This document shows positions 38,786-52,247 of a stretch of 64,000 bases of DNA, piece by piece; the stretch's first letter is position 1; each line of letters opens with the position of its first letter. The notes below the pieces were generated by a model. The model worked only from the letters and a program-made list of their open reading frames with translations, was not told the DNA's origin and did no database searches. The DNA comes from Phyllosticta citribraziliensis (lineage: Eukaryota), in the NCBI RefSeq assembly GCF_038025025.1, contig NW_027117351.1, positions 1 through 64,000 of the forward strand, given 5' to 3'. The position numbers and the translations under genes are program-made.

Positions 38786-39485
38786 GCGTGGTTTCTGTTG
38801 CTTTTTGTTGCATATTCAAAGCTTCTTCCTGGCAAGGCAAATGGGTCGTTCTCAAACACAGCTACCTTTAGCCAAATATCAGCCCTGCGATCCTGTACAG
38901 TTCCCAAAGTGGAATCGTGCTTCCCTGACTCTGAACTGCCATGCGACGATTGTGCTACCTCCTGTGTTCCTGGAAAGCACCTCGACAGAATCGAACCGAA
39001 TTTTGTCGGTGAGAGCAACAATTGCAAACAACGTGCTGTTCAAGAGTTGATTTGGAGAGTACCTTTGAGTCAGACTGACGCTAAACCAAGAACCCTAGAG
39101 GGACGGAGCGCGGTTCAGCCAGGGTCTCGAATGAGCTTCATGTGCGTTGAGCTGGACGGGTTCGTTCCGAGAGGTTTGGCTGATATGTATCTGTGGACTG
39201 TTCATGCGCACTTAACCAACACACGTTGAAAATGAGGATAGAGCAAACTGGCTTCAGGGCTGGTTCTCTCCAGCGAAATCAAGCTCAATTTTAAGGATTG
39301 AATTTAGGGAGTCCGATTTCATCACGACAGGCCATTAATTGGTAGATCTAGGTTCGAGGCGAACAAAGTCGAATCGGTGAAATTTTCAGCTATCCATGGT
39401 CACTTTTTTACGATCTGCCAATCTGGCTGTGCCCTCACACAAAGCAAACCCTGCAAACCCGTCAAGAAGCAAGCCACCTGTTCAG

Positions 39486-42400
39486 CTATTGCTGGCCAGC
39501 TTTGAGACCCTCCAAAACTCTTGTCCTCCACTTTACAACGTCTTGGACCCCCTCTCGCAGCTGTTTGGCATTCTCTTTGCTCCACTTTGGTATGAGAAGG
39601 AACGCATGATCTTTGCTGCATTCGCTCCATCCAAAGCGCCCTTCTTGAATCTTGTTGCGACAGGGCTCGTCAAAATCGCTGTCAATGCAGTCCTTGCACC
39701 TAAAGAGGTCCTCTTGAAGACATTTGGTCCACAGTGTGCCGCAATTGCCGTTGCAGCGCCTAGCAGTGCCATGTTCGTTTCTCCCCCATTGATGAGTACC
39801 TTCGGTGTCAAGGTCGTATCCGAAAGCCAAAGTCCAAGCAATTCTGGCATCCTCATCTCTGTCGAGACGAGTCAGTATCTGCGCAAGGATTCTGTACCCA
39901 AGCCAATCGTTGGAATCGACGTCGTCTGATAAGAGGCGTGTCGCAAGGTTGATCTTCTCACTCAATTCCCTCACAGCGAGATCTTCTCGTCCCACAGTGT
40001 GATGAAAACGTGCAAGCAGAAGATCTGGCGTTCCATCGAACCCAAGGCTTTCTAGAATTGAATGAAAGTAAATCTTTCGGTCGTCTTCGGATATGCACCC
40101 TTGCTTGCTCTGCCGGGCTCGTTGGATATATGTTGCTCCAAGTTGTTCTCTCGCCTGCCCTTCGATTTCTGCATCGCTACCCAGTCGTCCAAGCAATCGG
40201 GCCAGTCTGCTTCTTCGCCCTTTTCTTTGACAGATTTGCTTCCACACTTGTAAAGGCTCTTCGCAATTTTGCTTCGAGTTCGACCACGTCAAAAGCAACG
40301 CATAGCAAAACCAAAGTCTGGAAGGTCCACTCTTCGGTTGAGCATGACGGTGGAATTTGTTGTCGTCATCCTGGAGTGCTTTTTGGCAGGTCGCAATAAA
40401 CTCAAAGCTCCGACATTGGGATGCCGCAAACGCGACAGCATGAGCAAGTTCTGTGTCTCGGTTGTTACGGAATAGTTCCACAAGATCTTTGAGTTGAAGA
40501 GCTTGCAATGCTTGAATCATATCCTCGTATCGTTGGGTTGCGTGCATCCAGAGAAGCATCTTACAAATGGCGTCAAAGTCCTGGGGAAATTGCTCCAAAA
40601 GCTTCTGGCAGATCTTTATGGCTTCCGCAGTCTCACCGGCTTCCCAGTGGACGTCTTTCATCGTGTCTAGGATCGAATGCCATGCCTCCAACTCGTCTCG
40701 ATTGTCGCCTGGTGGATCGTAGTATCGGTCGAACAGCGACCGGAGCATCCTGAGCGTGGTCTTCGCATCAGCATTTTCAGCATGGTCAACATAGAACTTG
40801 GCGACTTGGCTAGCGGTAACCAAGGGAGGATTGCTCGAAAAGACAACGTCAAATTTTTCTTTGGCTTCATGATGAAGTCCGAATCGAGCAAACGTCATCC
40901 CCATCCGAAGGCTGTGTAGACGATTTGGTTCTGAAATGCCCAATCGTTCTTTCGCCCATGTTTCAGCGCCCTCGATGTCCATGATCGACGGCGAGGATAC
41001 ATCGAGACTGTTCGCTCTTTCGATCATTTTGTTCTGGATTGGTCAGTACTCAAAAATGGTGGTAAAGTTCTTGAGCCGTACATGTTTCAGGAAGCTGAGT
41101 ATCCATTGACAAGTGTCTTTGACGTTCCATTGCGTCGACGTCTCATCTTGAAGCCACCCTTTTGCTGCGACGACGGAGGCTTCTCTGAGGAGCTCTTCCT
41201 CCGTCAAAGGACTTTCAAAATAGTCTTGCGTGCTGCTGTGCCTCCTGACAACTGGATCGGTGAACCATTGGGCAATTTTCTGCTGGCAGCCTTCAGAGTA
41301 CCAAGACCCACGCATGTCGCCAATCCAGTCGGGCTTGAGCCACGACTCAACAACTCGGCGGTCACTGAAAAACTGGTGTAGAAGCGGCATAGCCTTTGCC
41401 AATGCCGAAGCCTGAGAGTCTGACAGCATGTCGGCCTCTAGCTGAGAAAGGTGCCAAGAGAGACTTTTGGCGCACTTTGTATTTCTGTCGATTGCATACC
41501 GATTTTAGGCACGTAGTGATGATTTTGATGTGTCCGTCGATTGGATGGAAGTCGATGTCGTTTTGCGTTGTATCACCCTTTTCTTTGAAGAATTCATTGA
41601 AGCCAAATCTTTGATAGAGATCATCGCCGCAGACGTTGGCTAGAAGTCTTTTAACAAGCGCTATCTCCGAAGGATGAATTTCTTGGTGAACTTTGCCGAA
41701 TCCGCTGGTTCTCCTGGGAAAGTGGTGGATGGAAGACTCTTCGTTCATATTGAACTTTTTCCTGTAGTATCCTTCAGCTCTTGATGAGACGTGACTACCT
41801 CGAAGGTCCAGCAAGCCGTTGAACTTTTCGGTGATGTAATTTTGGAGAGATTTGACGGGCCGCTGACCGCCACGATTCAAGACAAGAATATCCTCGATTT
41901 GCCCCAAAGTCGGCCAGAATCTGCTCGGCAGGACAAGCCATGGAAGGATGTTATTGAGGTCTTGAATTTCTTCGCCACTCAAAGACTTATTCAGATGGTT
42001 AATTTGGAACTCGACGAGAGCGTTGGCACCTCCTTTTTTCAGTTTTCCAGCAAGGTCTGTCAGCCTCGCATCGGCCCAGATGCTGTCCCCCACTTCTCCA
42101 AGAAGGACAGTGATGAAATCGTAGTTCGTGACTCCGGAAAGTAGTTCGAGAATCGTCCCTGACGGATCTTCGGTAGCCTCTGACTCCTCGCGAACTTGGT
42201 CAGGTCTTTCGCCTGCTGATTTCATTCTGTCTTCCAGGATTGATCTGACAAATAGTTTGACATCTTGACGAGTCTCTTTCGTCCGTGATAAGTCAATCGT
42301 TTCTCCCAAACCTGAAGCGTCATCGAGACTTGTGGAGGTTCCGCTCAGCAATACGCGTATTTGGCCTTTGTCGGGTGATTCATCTCCGAGACATGAGAGG

Positions 42401-43896
42401 AGAGCTTTGAGTTTCTTTGCAGTGCACTCTCTAGAGCGATCAATCCCGTCAAGTACAAGGAAGAAGTTTGAGTGTTTGTAACCAGTCAGTAGTTCTAAAA
42501 GGGTTTCCCATGAAAATGAGGCGCCCTTGGTCTCACATCTTGTTGCGACAAAATTGAGATAGCCAATGTTGTTTTTATCGGACTTGACGAGCTGCCAAAT
42601 CAGGGCAGCAAACGCGGAATCGATCGAAGGTCCTTCCTTTTCGTCGCTTCTCTTCTCTCCAAAGTGATAGTAAGCCACAGCTTTCGGGATTTCTGAGGTT
42701 GCTGGTTGCTCGTCCGAACTGGCTGAGGCCTCACTCTGTTTGCTTTGTTCGATCTGCTTGTAGAGCTCCCGAATGACGCGGTGACAAAGGAAAGTCTTTC
42801 CGTGCTTTTCGGGTCCTTCCAGCTTCATGATTGAACAGCCATTAGAAGAGCTAAGATCTGTCCATTTCTTGAAAAGTTGGTGGTCCACGATCCAATCTCC
42901 CATCCCTTGTATATATTTTTCGCCAATGCTCTTATCAGCAGCCTTCCAGGGCTTGTAATGGTCGTTGATGTTGAGACGCTTCCTGATTAATTCACAACGT
43001 TTTGAGAGGTCGTCATCCTCGCTTTGCTTTCCTACGATGCCCTCGATAGTCATGGTCCGACTGAGTCCATCGCTTTGCACTGCTTGGTAATACTCATTTG
43101 TGAGCTGCTCGATGCGGGTGAGCTCGGCGCCAATCTTGTCTTCGCCCAGGCAGAACTCCAGAAACAGGTTGGCTTTGTCCCTCTTGCGGAAAGTCGGGAG
43201 AGGTTTCTCCGGAGGTTTTTGCTTGTCCTTGGAGCAGTGGTGACTAAGGCGACGGAGAAAGTGCTTCTGTTTGTCCTGCTCCTCCTCCGATACTTCCTTG
43301 TCATGGGGAGGTTTGTCCCCGGTGCTCGTGACACCATCGCTACTCTCTGCTTTCTTTGAGTATCTGATGATGAAGCCGCAGATTTTGACGTATGAACAGA
43401 GCCGCTGGCAGTCGTTCGCCTTCAGGTGGGCTTTGTAGACGTTTCCTTTCAACTCGTCTTCCTCGCGGCGGCACAGTTCTTCGAAGAACGAGCGAACCTT
43501 TTCTTCAAGACTATGCAATTCTTGGATAAGGTTGTAATATTTTGCGCCCGCCTTGGCAAAATGATTCGCGATCGTAGCAATGATTGCAGCTGGCGGGAAA
43601 GCCTTTTGCTCGTTAGTATGCGGATGGTTGGGCCAGGCTAATCAACGTACTAAAGCAACTGCTTGTCCGGCGAAGTTGAAAGCATCGGGTGCTGCAGAGA
43701 AGAATGCTTTCCCATAGGTGGAGGAAGCCGTTTTTGATTGCGGGGTCTTATTGGCTTTGAAGTTTTCGATTTCCTGTTCGATTCCTTTGCGAAATTCTTC
43801 CTCGTTGCCATTTCTTGCAACTTTGCAGTACTCATCAATTGCCGTAGACCAAATGCTCTTGTAGTCCATATTCTCATCCGGCGGCTTTGAACCCAT
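39486..43896 (-). CDS. Fungal NLR-like STAND protein: Goodbye-like N-terminus, NACHT, TPR-like repeats, C-terminal ZZ-like zinc finger
   Basis: Exon 1 43896-43651, intron 43650-43603, then AFPPAAII. Walker A GPEKHGKT and Walker B FFLVLDGID. Intron at ~41081-41034. TPR-like helices and terminal C-x3-C...CKDC...C...C-x2-DH. An unresolved frame break lies at ~41430-41500. Confidence 0.8.
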
Positions 43897-45740
43897 GACT
43901 GACGGACTTGAACCAACAATCCCCTTCAAACGGAGTACCACAAGTCGTCCTTGGAGGCCCTGAGATAAGAAAGGCGGGCGGAGCGGCAGTCGAAGGGTCG
44001 GCGGACAGCTTGGCCACCAGCTCGAGTCCGAAGGAAAAAGCGATGGAGAGAGAATCGGCACTACACAAGCGTTTTGGAAAGGGAAAAATCTCGCGTGCTT
44101 TTGGCAACCTGGTGCTGTCCCCACCACCCCACTCACCAAGATCTTTTGCGAGATTTCGTCCGATCTTCGTTTGGACAGTGCTTCTTCCGGCCCGCACCTC
44201 TTCAACGCGAATTCCAATGGTTGCTCAGAAGTGGTATTCCGGCAATCGACACCAGCGCCGCCACAGAGAATTCAGCCACCCAAGACATTGAATGGACTGC
44301 TGGCGTGAACGTTGAACAACTCTTCCAGCCATCATAGCTCTCTGAGCGCAGCCTCGAGCTCGCACACGACATGCTCTTCATTGCTCCTTGGGGCAAGAAA
44401 ACTGGGTCCGGACCGGAGCGACGCTCCGTCCAATGATCTGAAGAGAAGCAAACCCCATCACAAAAGGCCCACATCCAGATATGGACCACCAACGTGATAG
44501 CCCCAGCTGAAAAATGCTCGCAACAGCCCACTTCAGGCGTGGGAAACATGACTCTGTCGAGCTGGTAGAACGCGACTGAAAGCGTCCCATCTGGTTTCGT
44601 TCGCGGTGACGTCCTCTCTTGCACGTTTGCTGGACGCGTGTTACCACGCGCTGCGGCTGCGGCACTCTTGGTCCCACCGTAGCTCTTGCAAACGCAAGCT
44701 TGTCTTTGCCGTCCAGGACAAGAAGGAAAAATGGACTCAAGAACGGACTCAGCTCCGTCTACTCCTCGAGCGATCTGACGAAGGAAAAAAACGGAGACCC
44801 ACCACGGAGGGTCCACCTCGACCACCAGCGCCCTGCTCACCTGTTGTGGCGACTGCAGCAGCGAGTACATACCGACGCCCCGGAGGACTTCTCGTCCTGT
44901 TCTGCTTGTTGGTCCACGGCGCGAGACGAGGACGAGAATCCATCATGAAGGACCCACCGCCCGCCAAAAACCGAGCCAACGTGGCAGCCGCAGCCGCAGC
45001 CGCACCAGCGACGCTCTCAACGCCGACCACCACACAGGCGAGGGAAACACACTCATCAAATCTGCCAGGAAGCCGCGACAGCCTTCTCATCCCCTCTCCC
45101 CTCCCCTCTTTCTCTCATCCCGCAGTCCACACTCAACGAGGCAGGCAGGCGGTGCTTCGGTTCGGCCCACGGCCCGGCTCGCGCGGCGTGCGCGGATCGA
45201 CCATCTTCCCGAAGCGGAGTGGAGGAGTGGAGGGTAGTAAACGGAAGTGTCGGCGGGCCAGCTGGACCCTGAATTGGACACAACGAGCGACTCTCCATCC
45301 ACGGATTGTCCGGCTCCTGCCGACGCACCGGCGACTTGCGTGCTCGACACTGTTGCGATGCTGGCCGGTCTGCGGGGGAAAGGACGAGAAGAAGGAGATG
45401 TTGGTTGGAGAAGAGAGAAAGAGAAAGGAGAAGAGAACCGAGGAGGAAAGTAATGAAAGGACGTTGCGTTGATCCGGAGCGTGGGTTGTAGACGAGAAGG
45501 CGAACGAGGATGAGGAGGAAGTAGAATAGGTACCAGAAAGCTGTCTGCATACATACAGTCGATGGACTCATGGCCGTGAGTCAGTAAGCCAGCCAGCCGT
45601 CCAATCAGTCCATGGGTCGTGGACCTCGCCGCCACAGCCACCGCAACTTCGCGTGCGCCCTTATGTACAGTACATACAAGATGATGGCATCCACGCGGCT
45701 CCATTTGTTCTTTCGTTCTTTCACCGACTCCACCCTCCTC

Positions 45741-48228
45741 TCATGCAAAGCCAAAGCCCGTCGCATTCCCCGTCGCATTCCCCGTCCCGTTCCCCATGAC
45801 GCTGACAAAGCTCTCCAAGTCCAGGGTCGACAGGTCAAAGTTCCAGTCCATGAGCGGCCACGCCGAGTCCATGAACTGGCCGTTGCTGCTGTCGGTCAAG
45901 CCGGCCGGCGTGTTGGGGTCGACCATACCGAAGCCAGGGGAGATGTCGGTTTCGGACTGGACGGGGAGCTGCTGTTGCTGCTGCTGCTGCTGTTGCTGGT
46001 ACTGCGGAGTCTGAGATGGTGGCGGCGGGTGTGTGGGGTCGATTGGGCTGCTCGTGCTCTGCAGCGTGCGGATTGCAGAGCCGTTGGTGCCGCCGCCACC
46101 GCCGTTGTAGGGCGCCACGCTGGCAGCGGGCGGCGGTGCGTCGTGCTGAAGGAGCGACTGGATGGAGTTGATGGGAGCGGCAAACGGCGGGCGCTGTTGC
46201 TGGTACATGCCGCGCAACTGCTCGACGCGAGTAGCCATGGTCTCTATGGCAGCAATGACGCTGATGATGGGTTCGCGGCGGATCATTTGCCGCAGCGCCG
46301 CAATGCCACGTCGGATGTAGCGGACGTGCCGGTTGGCGCCGTGTTGGTCGTGCAGCGCCGCCAGGATGAGGACGAAGCAGGCGCTTTCGACGAAGAAGAT
46401 GTGGTTGTAGATGCCCTCGGTCTCCACGCCTCTCTGCGCGAAGATGGACTCGGCAAACATGATAATTTTTCGCGCAGGATCGACGCAGTGCTCGCAAGCT
46501 TCCAGCAGTGGCGGACTGTTGAAAGGTGTCTTTGCCTCTGGCTGCCCGCCATTTTCTGCGTCGGCTCGTCGCTTGAGTTCGACAAAGAGCAGTAGGAAGG
46601 GGCGGAACGCAAGAACTTGCGTGTAGTAGTGGACTAACGACGTTATCACTACCTGTCATTGGGTAGGAGAAGACAAGGCTAGTGGACTCACGATAGGACA
46701 TGACAACCTGCTCAACAAATCTGCCCTGGTTGTCCACTACGAGATCACCGCCAATTGCGAACCTGAGATCTTCTTTCACCAACGTAGCAAACTGCTTTAG
46801 CGCGTGCCGTATGCCGTGAGCGGCCTTCAAATCTCTGCTGGGCGTGCTGTCGTGGTGGTTGTGCAAGTGTTGCACCATGCGTATAATCTCACACAGCCGG
46901 ACGTACATGGCCATGAAGGATGGACGCTCCGCTTTGGCCAGGCCGACGTCTTCTTGAGAAAAGGAAGAGGGGCGACCCAGACACAGACAGATGATGCTGA
47001 AAATGTAAGCAACTCAATCCGGCAAGTTGGGGATCCATCTACCTTTCGTAGCAAAAGAGCGACCAACACGTCCTCTTGGCCTCGTTCGACTCGGACGTCG
47101 GGAGACGATTCGTAGGGGTCCTCCTGTGCATGCCCGACGCAAGCGCCTTTCTGATCGCTGCGCCGAGATACAAATACGAGGAGTTGGGGTTGCCGGTCAT
47201 GAATTCGCAATGGGCGTAGATAAGTCAGCTAGATTCAGTTCCAATCAACACAGGAGACTTATCATGAGAAGGGCGATTTGAACCGCCCTCAAGTTGACAA
47301 TGTGCGACATGGCTTCCGCCTCTGACCGGGCTTGAGAGAGAAGAGTCCGGCGCCAGTTGTCGTGCGTGGTCTGAGACGCGCCTATCGCCATGGCCACCAC
47401 GACGATGGCCCTCTCGGCCGGGTCGATGGTGCCCTCATCAGCGGAGCCATACAGCCTCTCAAAATTCGTCCACAGCTGCTCGGCGGGAAGGACGGGGATG
47501 TGAAAGTGGGCAGTCTGGCAGTAGTTTTGCAAAAAGCTCCGTGCCAGATCCTGCCGCAGGAAGAGGGGATTCGAGTCACGTGGGCCGTTCAGACTGCCGA
47601 AGGCCAGGCCCTGGTACTTGAAGACGTCGATACCTTCGTTGCCATTCTGGACTTCGTCGACGTGAGCATTTCGGCGCGGGACAGACTCCTCCTGGGCGTT
47701 GAGGTGGGCGTGGATGTGCTGGAGGAAGGAAAAGTTGGAAGAGGAGCCGTAGTATAGCTGCAGGACGCACGAGGGCGAGTCGGCCGGGGCGTGGGTTGCC
47801 CGGATGCTGGAGAAGATGTGATAGCGCGGGGGGACGTCCGAGAAGGTGTTTGCGTCGGGGTCGCTCGAGGTGGTGCTGCTGCTCAACTCCTGCTCGCCAT
47901 TCTGATCTGCGTCGTGGCTGACGCGACTCCGTTTGCGCGACGGCTGGTCGCCCTCGTCGCCAGCGGAACCAAGGGCTGGCGACAGATGGTCATCGGTCGT
48001 CGACGATCGGCCGGTTCTTCTCCGGATATAGGACCTGTATTCACAGGGAGTGTTGCGTTTGGAACAGATGTTGCAAGGATTGAGGCCGTTGCACTTTTGC
48101 TTGCGTCGTCGGCACTCCTCGCAGGCCTTGGGGATCTTGGGGCCACGGAGAGAGGCTGGCCTGAGTTAGACATGTAACAGTAAAAGGCCAAGGTGACGCA
48201 ACGCACCTGCGGGGCTGGTGTTGTCCAT
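45741..48228 (-). CDS. Zn(II)2Cys6 fungal transcription factor
   Basis: KIPKACEECRRRKQKCNGLNPCNICSKRNTPCEY at ~48140-48040. Fungal TF middle region (YYGSSSNFSFLQ, SFLQNY..TAHFHIP). Several introns and a polyQ C-terminus. Start codon inferred from splice phase. Confidence 0.92.
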
Positions 48229-48949
48229 GGCAGCACTGAGTCCAATGTTTTGGGGCGGATTTACGGAAGTACGGAATTAGCTTTGTCGACGTCTTGTGCA
48301 CCTCCGAGCCAGCGCCAAGCCTTGGCCCATGGCTACTCTGCACGTGATCTGGACGATGTCTGTCCGTCGCGTTCGGGTCTGAAGTGAATGGGACGAGATA
48401 TAATGCGACGCGATCGGGTGGCTGGTCTCCCAGGTCGTGGCGGCCGTGGAGCCGGCGGGGAGGATTGTTGTACTTGGGCCGCGCAGGATGAAACCACTGG
48501 AGCCTGTTAGACATTTCTCGTCCAACACGCTGGCCGTGTCGTCTATTCCTTTGAGCAGGCAAACGCTGGAGAGAAAAAAGTGCTGACTTCATTTCCCGCT
48601 TATAGCTGCCTTTTGGGAAGCTGTTCCTGAATTGAATGACCAGAGCCGCGTCCGATTATCTTCGGTAAATTGAACATCCAAATCGGAAAGCACATCAGAA
48701 AAGCCCTCGGCCGTTGGCCACCCTGCCCGCCGTTGCGCATAACGCCCAAGACTTCTCACGTCTTGTCGAACGAAAGGAACCAAACTACCAGATGCATCTA
48801 CATGCCGATTTCCCACTCCAATGAAGCACTCATTCGCCTTTGGTCAATTCATCCAACGCCGTAACCAATGAAAACAAAAAGACTCCCAAAATGCTCTGCC
48901 CGCCCAGGGTATGATCGAAAGGCCAAAAAAAAAAGCTCACCCACGCGCC

Positions 48950-51048
48950 TTACCGCATCCCCCCCGCCGTTACCGCTCGATGTGCTAGCTCTTCAATCCT
49001 CCGCGCATACAACGTCATCAGGTGACACATTGGATCTCCAAACACGGCCCTCCGCAGCATGTCATCCTCGATTACACACGCCTCGACCTCGCCAACCGCG
49101 GAAGTGTACGGCTGCCCCAGTGATTGCTGCGACTGCGCCGATTTCTCCCTGAGCAAGATCAACCGCCCTGCGCAGCTCAGAGTCCCCGGCGGAACATCCC
49201 ACAGCGGCTTTAGCGACGTCGATAGCGCCGGCGTCGACGACGACTTGCTGTGCTTCGGCTTTTTGAGGTTTGACGAGGAGAGACTGAGTTTGGACAGGGC
49301 TGCGAGATCCGAACAGCTGCCGTTGCTCAACGGTGCCGGCGTCGCCAATAGACGCAGCAAGTTTTTAATCACCTCCTTGTCCGCGCGGGACACGAGATCG
49401 CCTTCGTTGATGAAGCTGTAGAAGAGACTCTTGTGGTGCCTTTTCTGGTCCGAGGGCGGCTTCTTCAATGGGATCAGACTTATGGGCGGCGCTCCAAACG
49501 TGACGCAATGGACCCGCTTGAAGCAGTCATTCAGGCTGGTGAGTTCTGACTTGACGGTCATGGACATCATGTGCGTGTAGAGGAGCGCTGCGACTGCTCC
49601 GCCCGCGGAGTGACCAGTGATGAGAAGAGAGCAAGAAGCCCGGCGTGGGTTCTCTTGGAGGATGTGTCGCAACCGCGCGGCCACGGGCTTGACCATGTTC
49701 TTCGCCGTGTACAGAAAGCCCGAGTGTACGAGGTTGCCGGGATCGTCGAGGAAGCCTTCCGGCGAACTGGGCGCAGGTCTAAAGTTCACGGCCCAGTCCA
49801 TGAAGCCGGCGCTGCCCCTGATGGCAAACACGACAGTGTTCATGTCGTCGAGAGGCACGCTTTTGATGACCATGGCCTTGGTTCCCCGTTTCCAATCCGG
49901 CTCCACGTGTGTCTCGCGCTCTCCACCGGTGGGTTTGTGGTAGACCTTTTCAGAGTACTGAGCTGCCAGACACAAGAGCGGGTACGTTTCGACAAAGACC
50001 TTGAAAGGCGGCAGGTGAGGCGGAAGTCGGGAATTCGCATAGTGCCAGACCTTGCTGAACCGATTTTGTTTACTTGCAGTCTCGGACACGTTTTGACCGC
50101 TGCCTCCCACTGTGATGACCTGCTGGTTGAAATGCTCTTGGCTTCCCGAATGGGCATGCTGGGGATGCTCGTAGATTACTGAAACTGTCAGAACAAATCC
50201 ACAGAGGGTTTCATGCAGGAGTACCCACCCATTTCATCATGGTTCCCGCTAAACACCTCCTCGTCAATTGAATTGATGACCGAGTCAAGCTTGGAAGAGA
50301 TCAAATCGCACAGCGCCAGCGTGTGGCAGATGTACTCGTTAGTCTTGGAACAGCATTGGTACGTGATGCTTTCGCCGAGGTTCGTCACTGAACTGGTCGC
50401 CCAATTTTGTTTCTGCTTGAGGCCTTGATTGAGGTTGGCGACGGACTGCGTTGCCGCGTTCTTCTTTTGCTTGTAGGCTTGGTTGAGGTTACTGATGGAT
50501 TGGGAGCCGAAGCGGCGGCTCGGCTTCTTTTCCAACCCTGTAGGAGGAGTATACGGCGGCGCAGCATACAAGATCGTGGGAGGTGGCGGGGATGGTGTTG
50601 GTGGAGGAGCCTGCCATGATGCGCTGTATACTTGATTGTTGCCGCCCCAAGAATCAGGTTGATGTTGATATTGGCTAGTCTGGTAGGGCTCAGTGGGAGG
50701 TGGAATCCACGCCGGACTTGAATGAGCATGATACATGGGTGGCGGAGAAGATGCCGGAGGTGGTCCCAGCTGGTGGATCGTCGGCGCTGGAGTAGGCGGC
50801 GATATCTCGATTTCTGGGGGATTAAAGGAAACATCATGGTCGACCTTTGAATCCTGGAGCGGAACATGATGGTGGGCGATATTTTGAGCCGGGAGCGGTT
50901 GAGAGTGCCCATGGCCTGCATGCTGCGAGGTTTGTGGTCGTTGTGGGGTTGGTGGACGATGTGTATGCTTCTCCTGTTGGGGCCATCCTGGCGCATGCGC
51001 TGGTTGTTTGGGCTGCTTGTGCCTGGAGTTGAAGAAGAGGATGGTCAT
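48950..51048 (-). CDS. Class 3 lipase-domain protein with Pro-rich N-terminus
   Basis: VFAIRGS, VHSGFL, GHSAGG nucleophile elbow, CVTFGAPP and INEGD motifs. The N-terminal exon 51048-~50220 is joined by a short intron. Confidence 0.88.
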
Positions 51049-52247
51049 GACGGCGGTTCTTCGCTGCGCCTCTGGCCAGGCTCCATGCAAGCTTGGTCTT
51101 GACCTCGAAAGGCTCAAACTCTCGGCGGCGTGCAGAGAAGAGATGTCGAAGAGATGCGAACGCTCCGTTAGCCGACTTCAAGCCTCGCACAGCCCCGGTT
51201 GGCTTCGACGCGGCATCCAGCGATGACGACAGCGGTGGCCAATAACGTCTGGTAGGAGGGGTGAGGGTGTTGAGGGTTGGCAACAGGCGTGCTTGAGTCT
51301 GTTTGCAAGGTTGAGGAAGAAGGAAGGCGACGTCCGACGTCTTGCAGCCTGCCTCTCCTGATGTTTGCTCAGCCACCCGCCTTTTCGCCCCCAGGCGACA
51401 GTCCGTGACCATGGCATTGCTAAAAACATCACCACCTCTCCACCACTCACAGTCCTTCGCTCTTTTCTCGCAAGACTTGTGTACCAATTTTCGCATCAAC
51501 AACACCCGCCTGTTGCGACGTGGAATCGACGTTGTTCCTGAATCACGCCGCCACTTTCAAGAACCACCCACCGACTTCAGCCATCACGCCATGAATTGAC
51601 AAGCTGCTCGACAGTTGGACTTTGGACGAGTCGGACGTCATTCGCACATCTTGGCTTTGGCAAGAAGAGTTCACGAGCCGCAGCGCCACATGCGCCTCTG
51701 CAGCCTTTACTGCGGAGAAAGCTCATTTCCCGAAGCGGCTCCACGAAATCATCAGCCGGGCATGCAGCATTTTTCAACTTTTTAATGTCAAACTAACACT
51801 GTGCCGGCTCGCCTGCTTCAGTCCGTCGACTTCTGCCGCCCCAATCGCGGTCCTCCTTGCACCCTTCATATTCCTTTACCAACCCTCAGACCGTTCCCCA
51901 ACCAGTATCCTGGTCACCACCATGACACATATCTCCATCCGAGGATCAAGCCCGCGCCCGAGAAGAGACAGAGTGAGAGAGAGATAGAGAGAGAATGAGA
52001 GAAAGGTGTGGCCCAGCCAAGCTCCAAGAGCCATCCCCAAAGACAAAATCCAGAACGTAACGATGCTTCCGAGAACCTCCCATCATCTGCTACACAATGG
52101 GCACAAAGCTCGCGTTGCTGTCTTGTAGGCCATGGTCCTGGTGACGACAGGCTGGTTGACCATCTTCGCCGGAGCTTCCGTCGTGAAGCCTGCACGGTGA
52201 TGGCGCCTGGCCTGGTACCTCGCATCCGTCACGCACCATCATGTTTT

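Noticed and set aside
38785..39229. C-terminal extension of ORF 38135..39229 as part of the helicase
   Set aside because: Similarity to Helitron helicases ends near DDWRRSQLL; the rest looks like read-through.
39090..39360. CTAG motifs as the Helitron 3' terminus
   Set aside because: No convincing GC-rich subterminal hairpin precedes them.
28735..44000. Starship giant transposon
   Set aside because: NLR cargo would fit, but no DUF3435 tyrosine-recombinase captain or boundary repeats are visible in this window.
44202..45704. Long overlapping ORFs (e.g. 44606..45472)
   Set aside because: Low-complexity translations with no recognisable domain, typical of GC-rich intergenic or UTR DNA.
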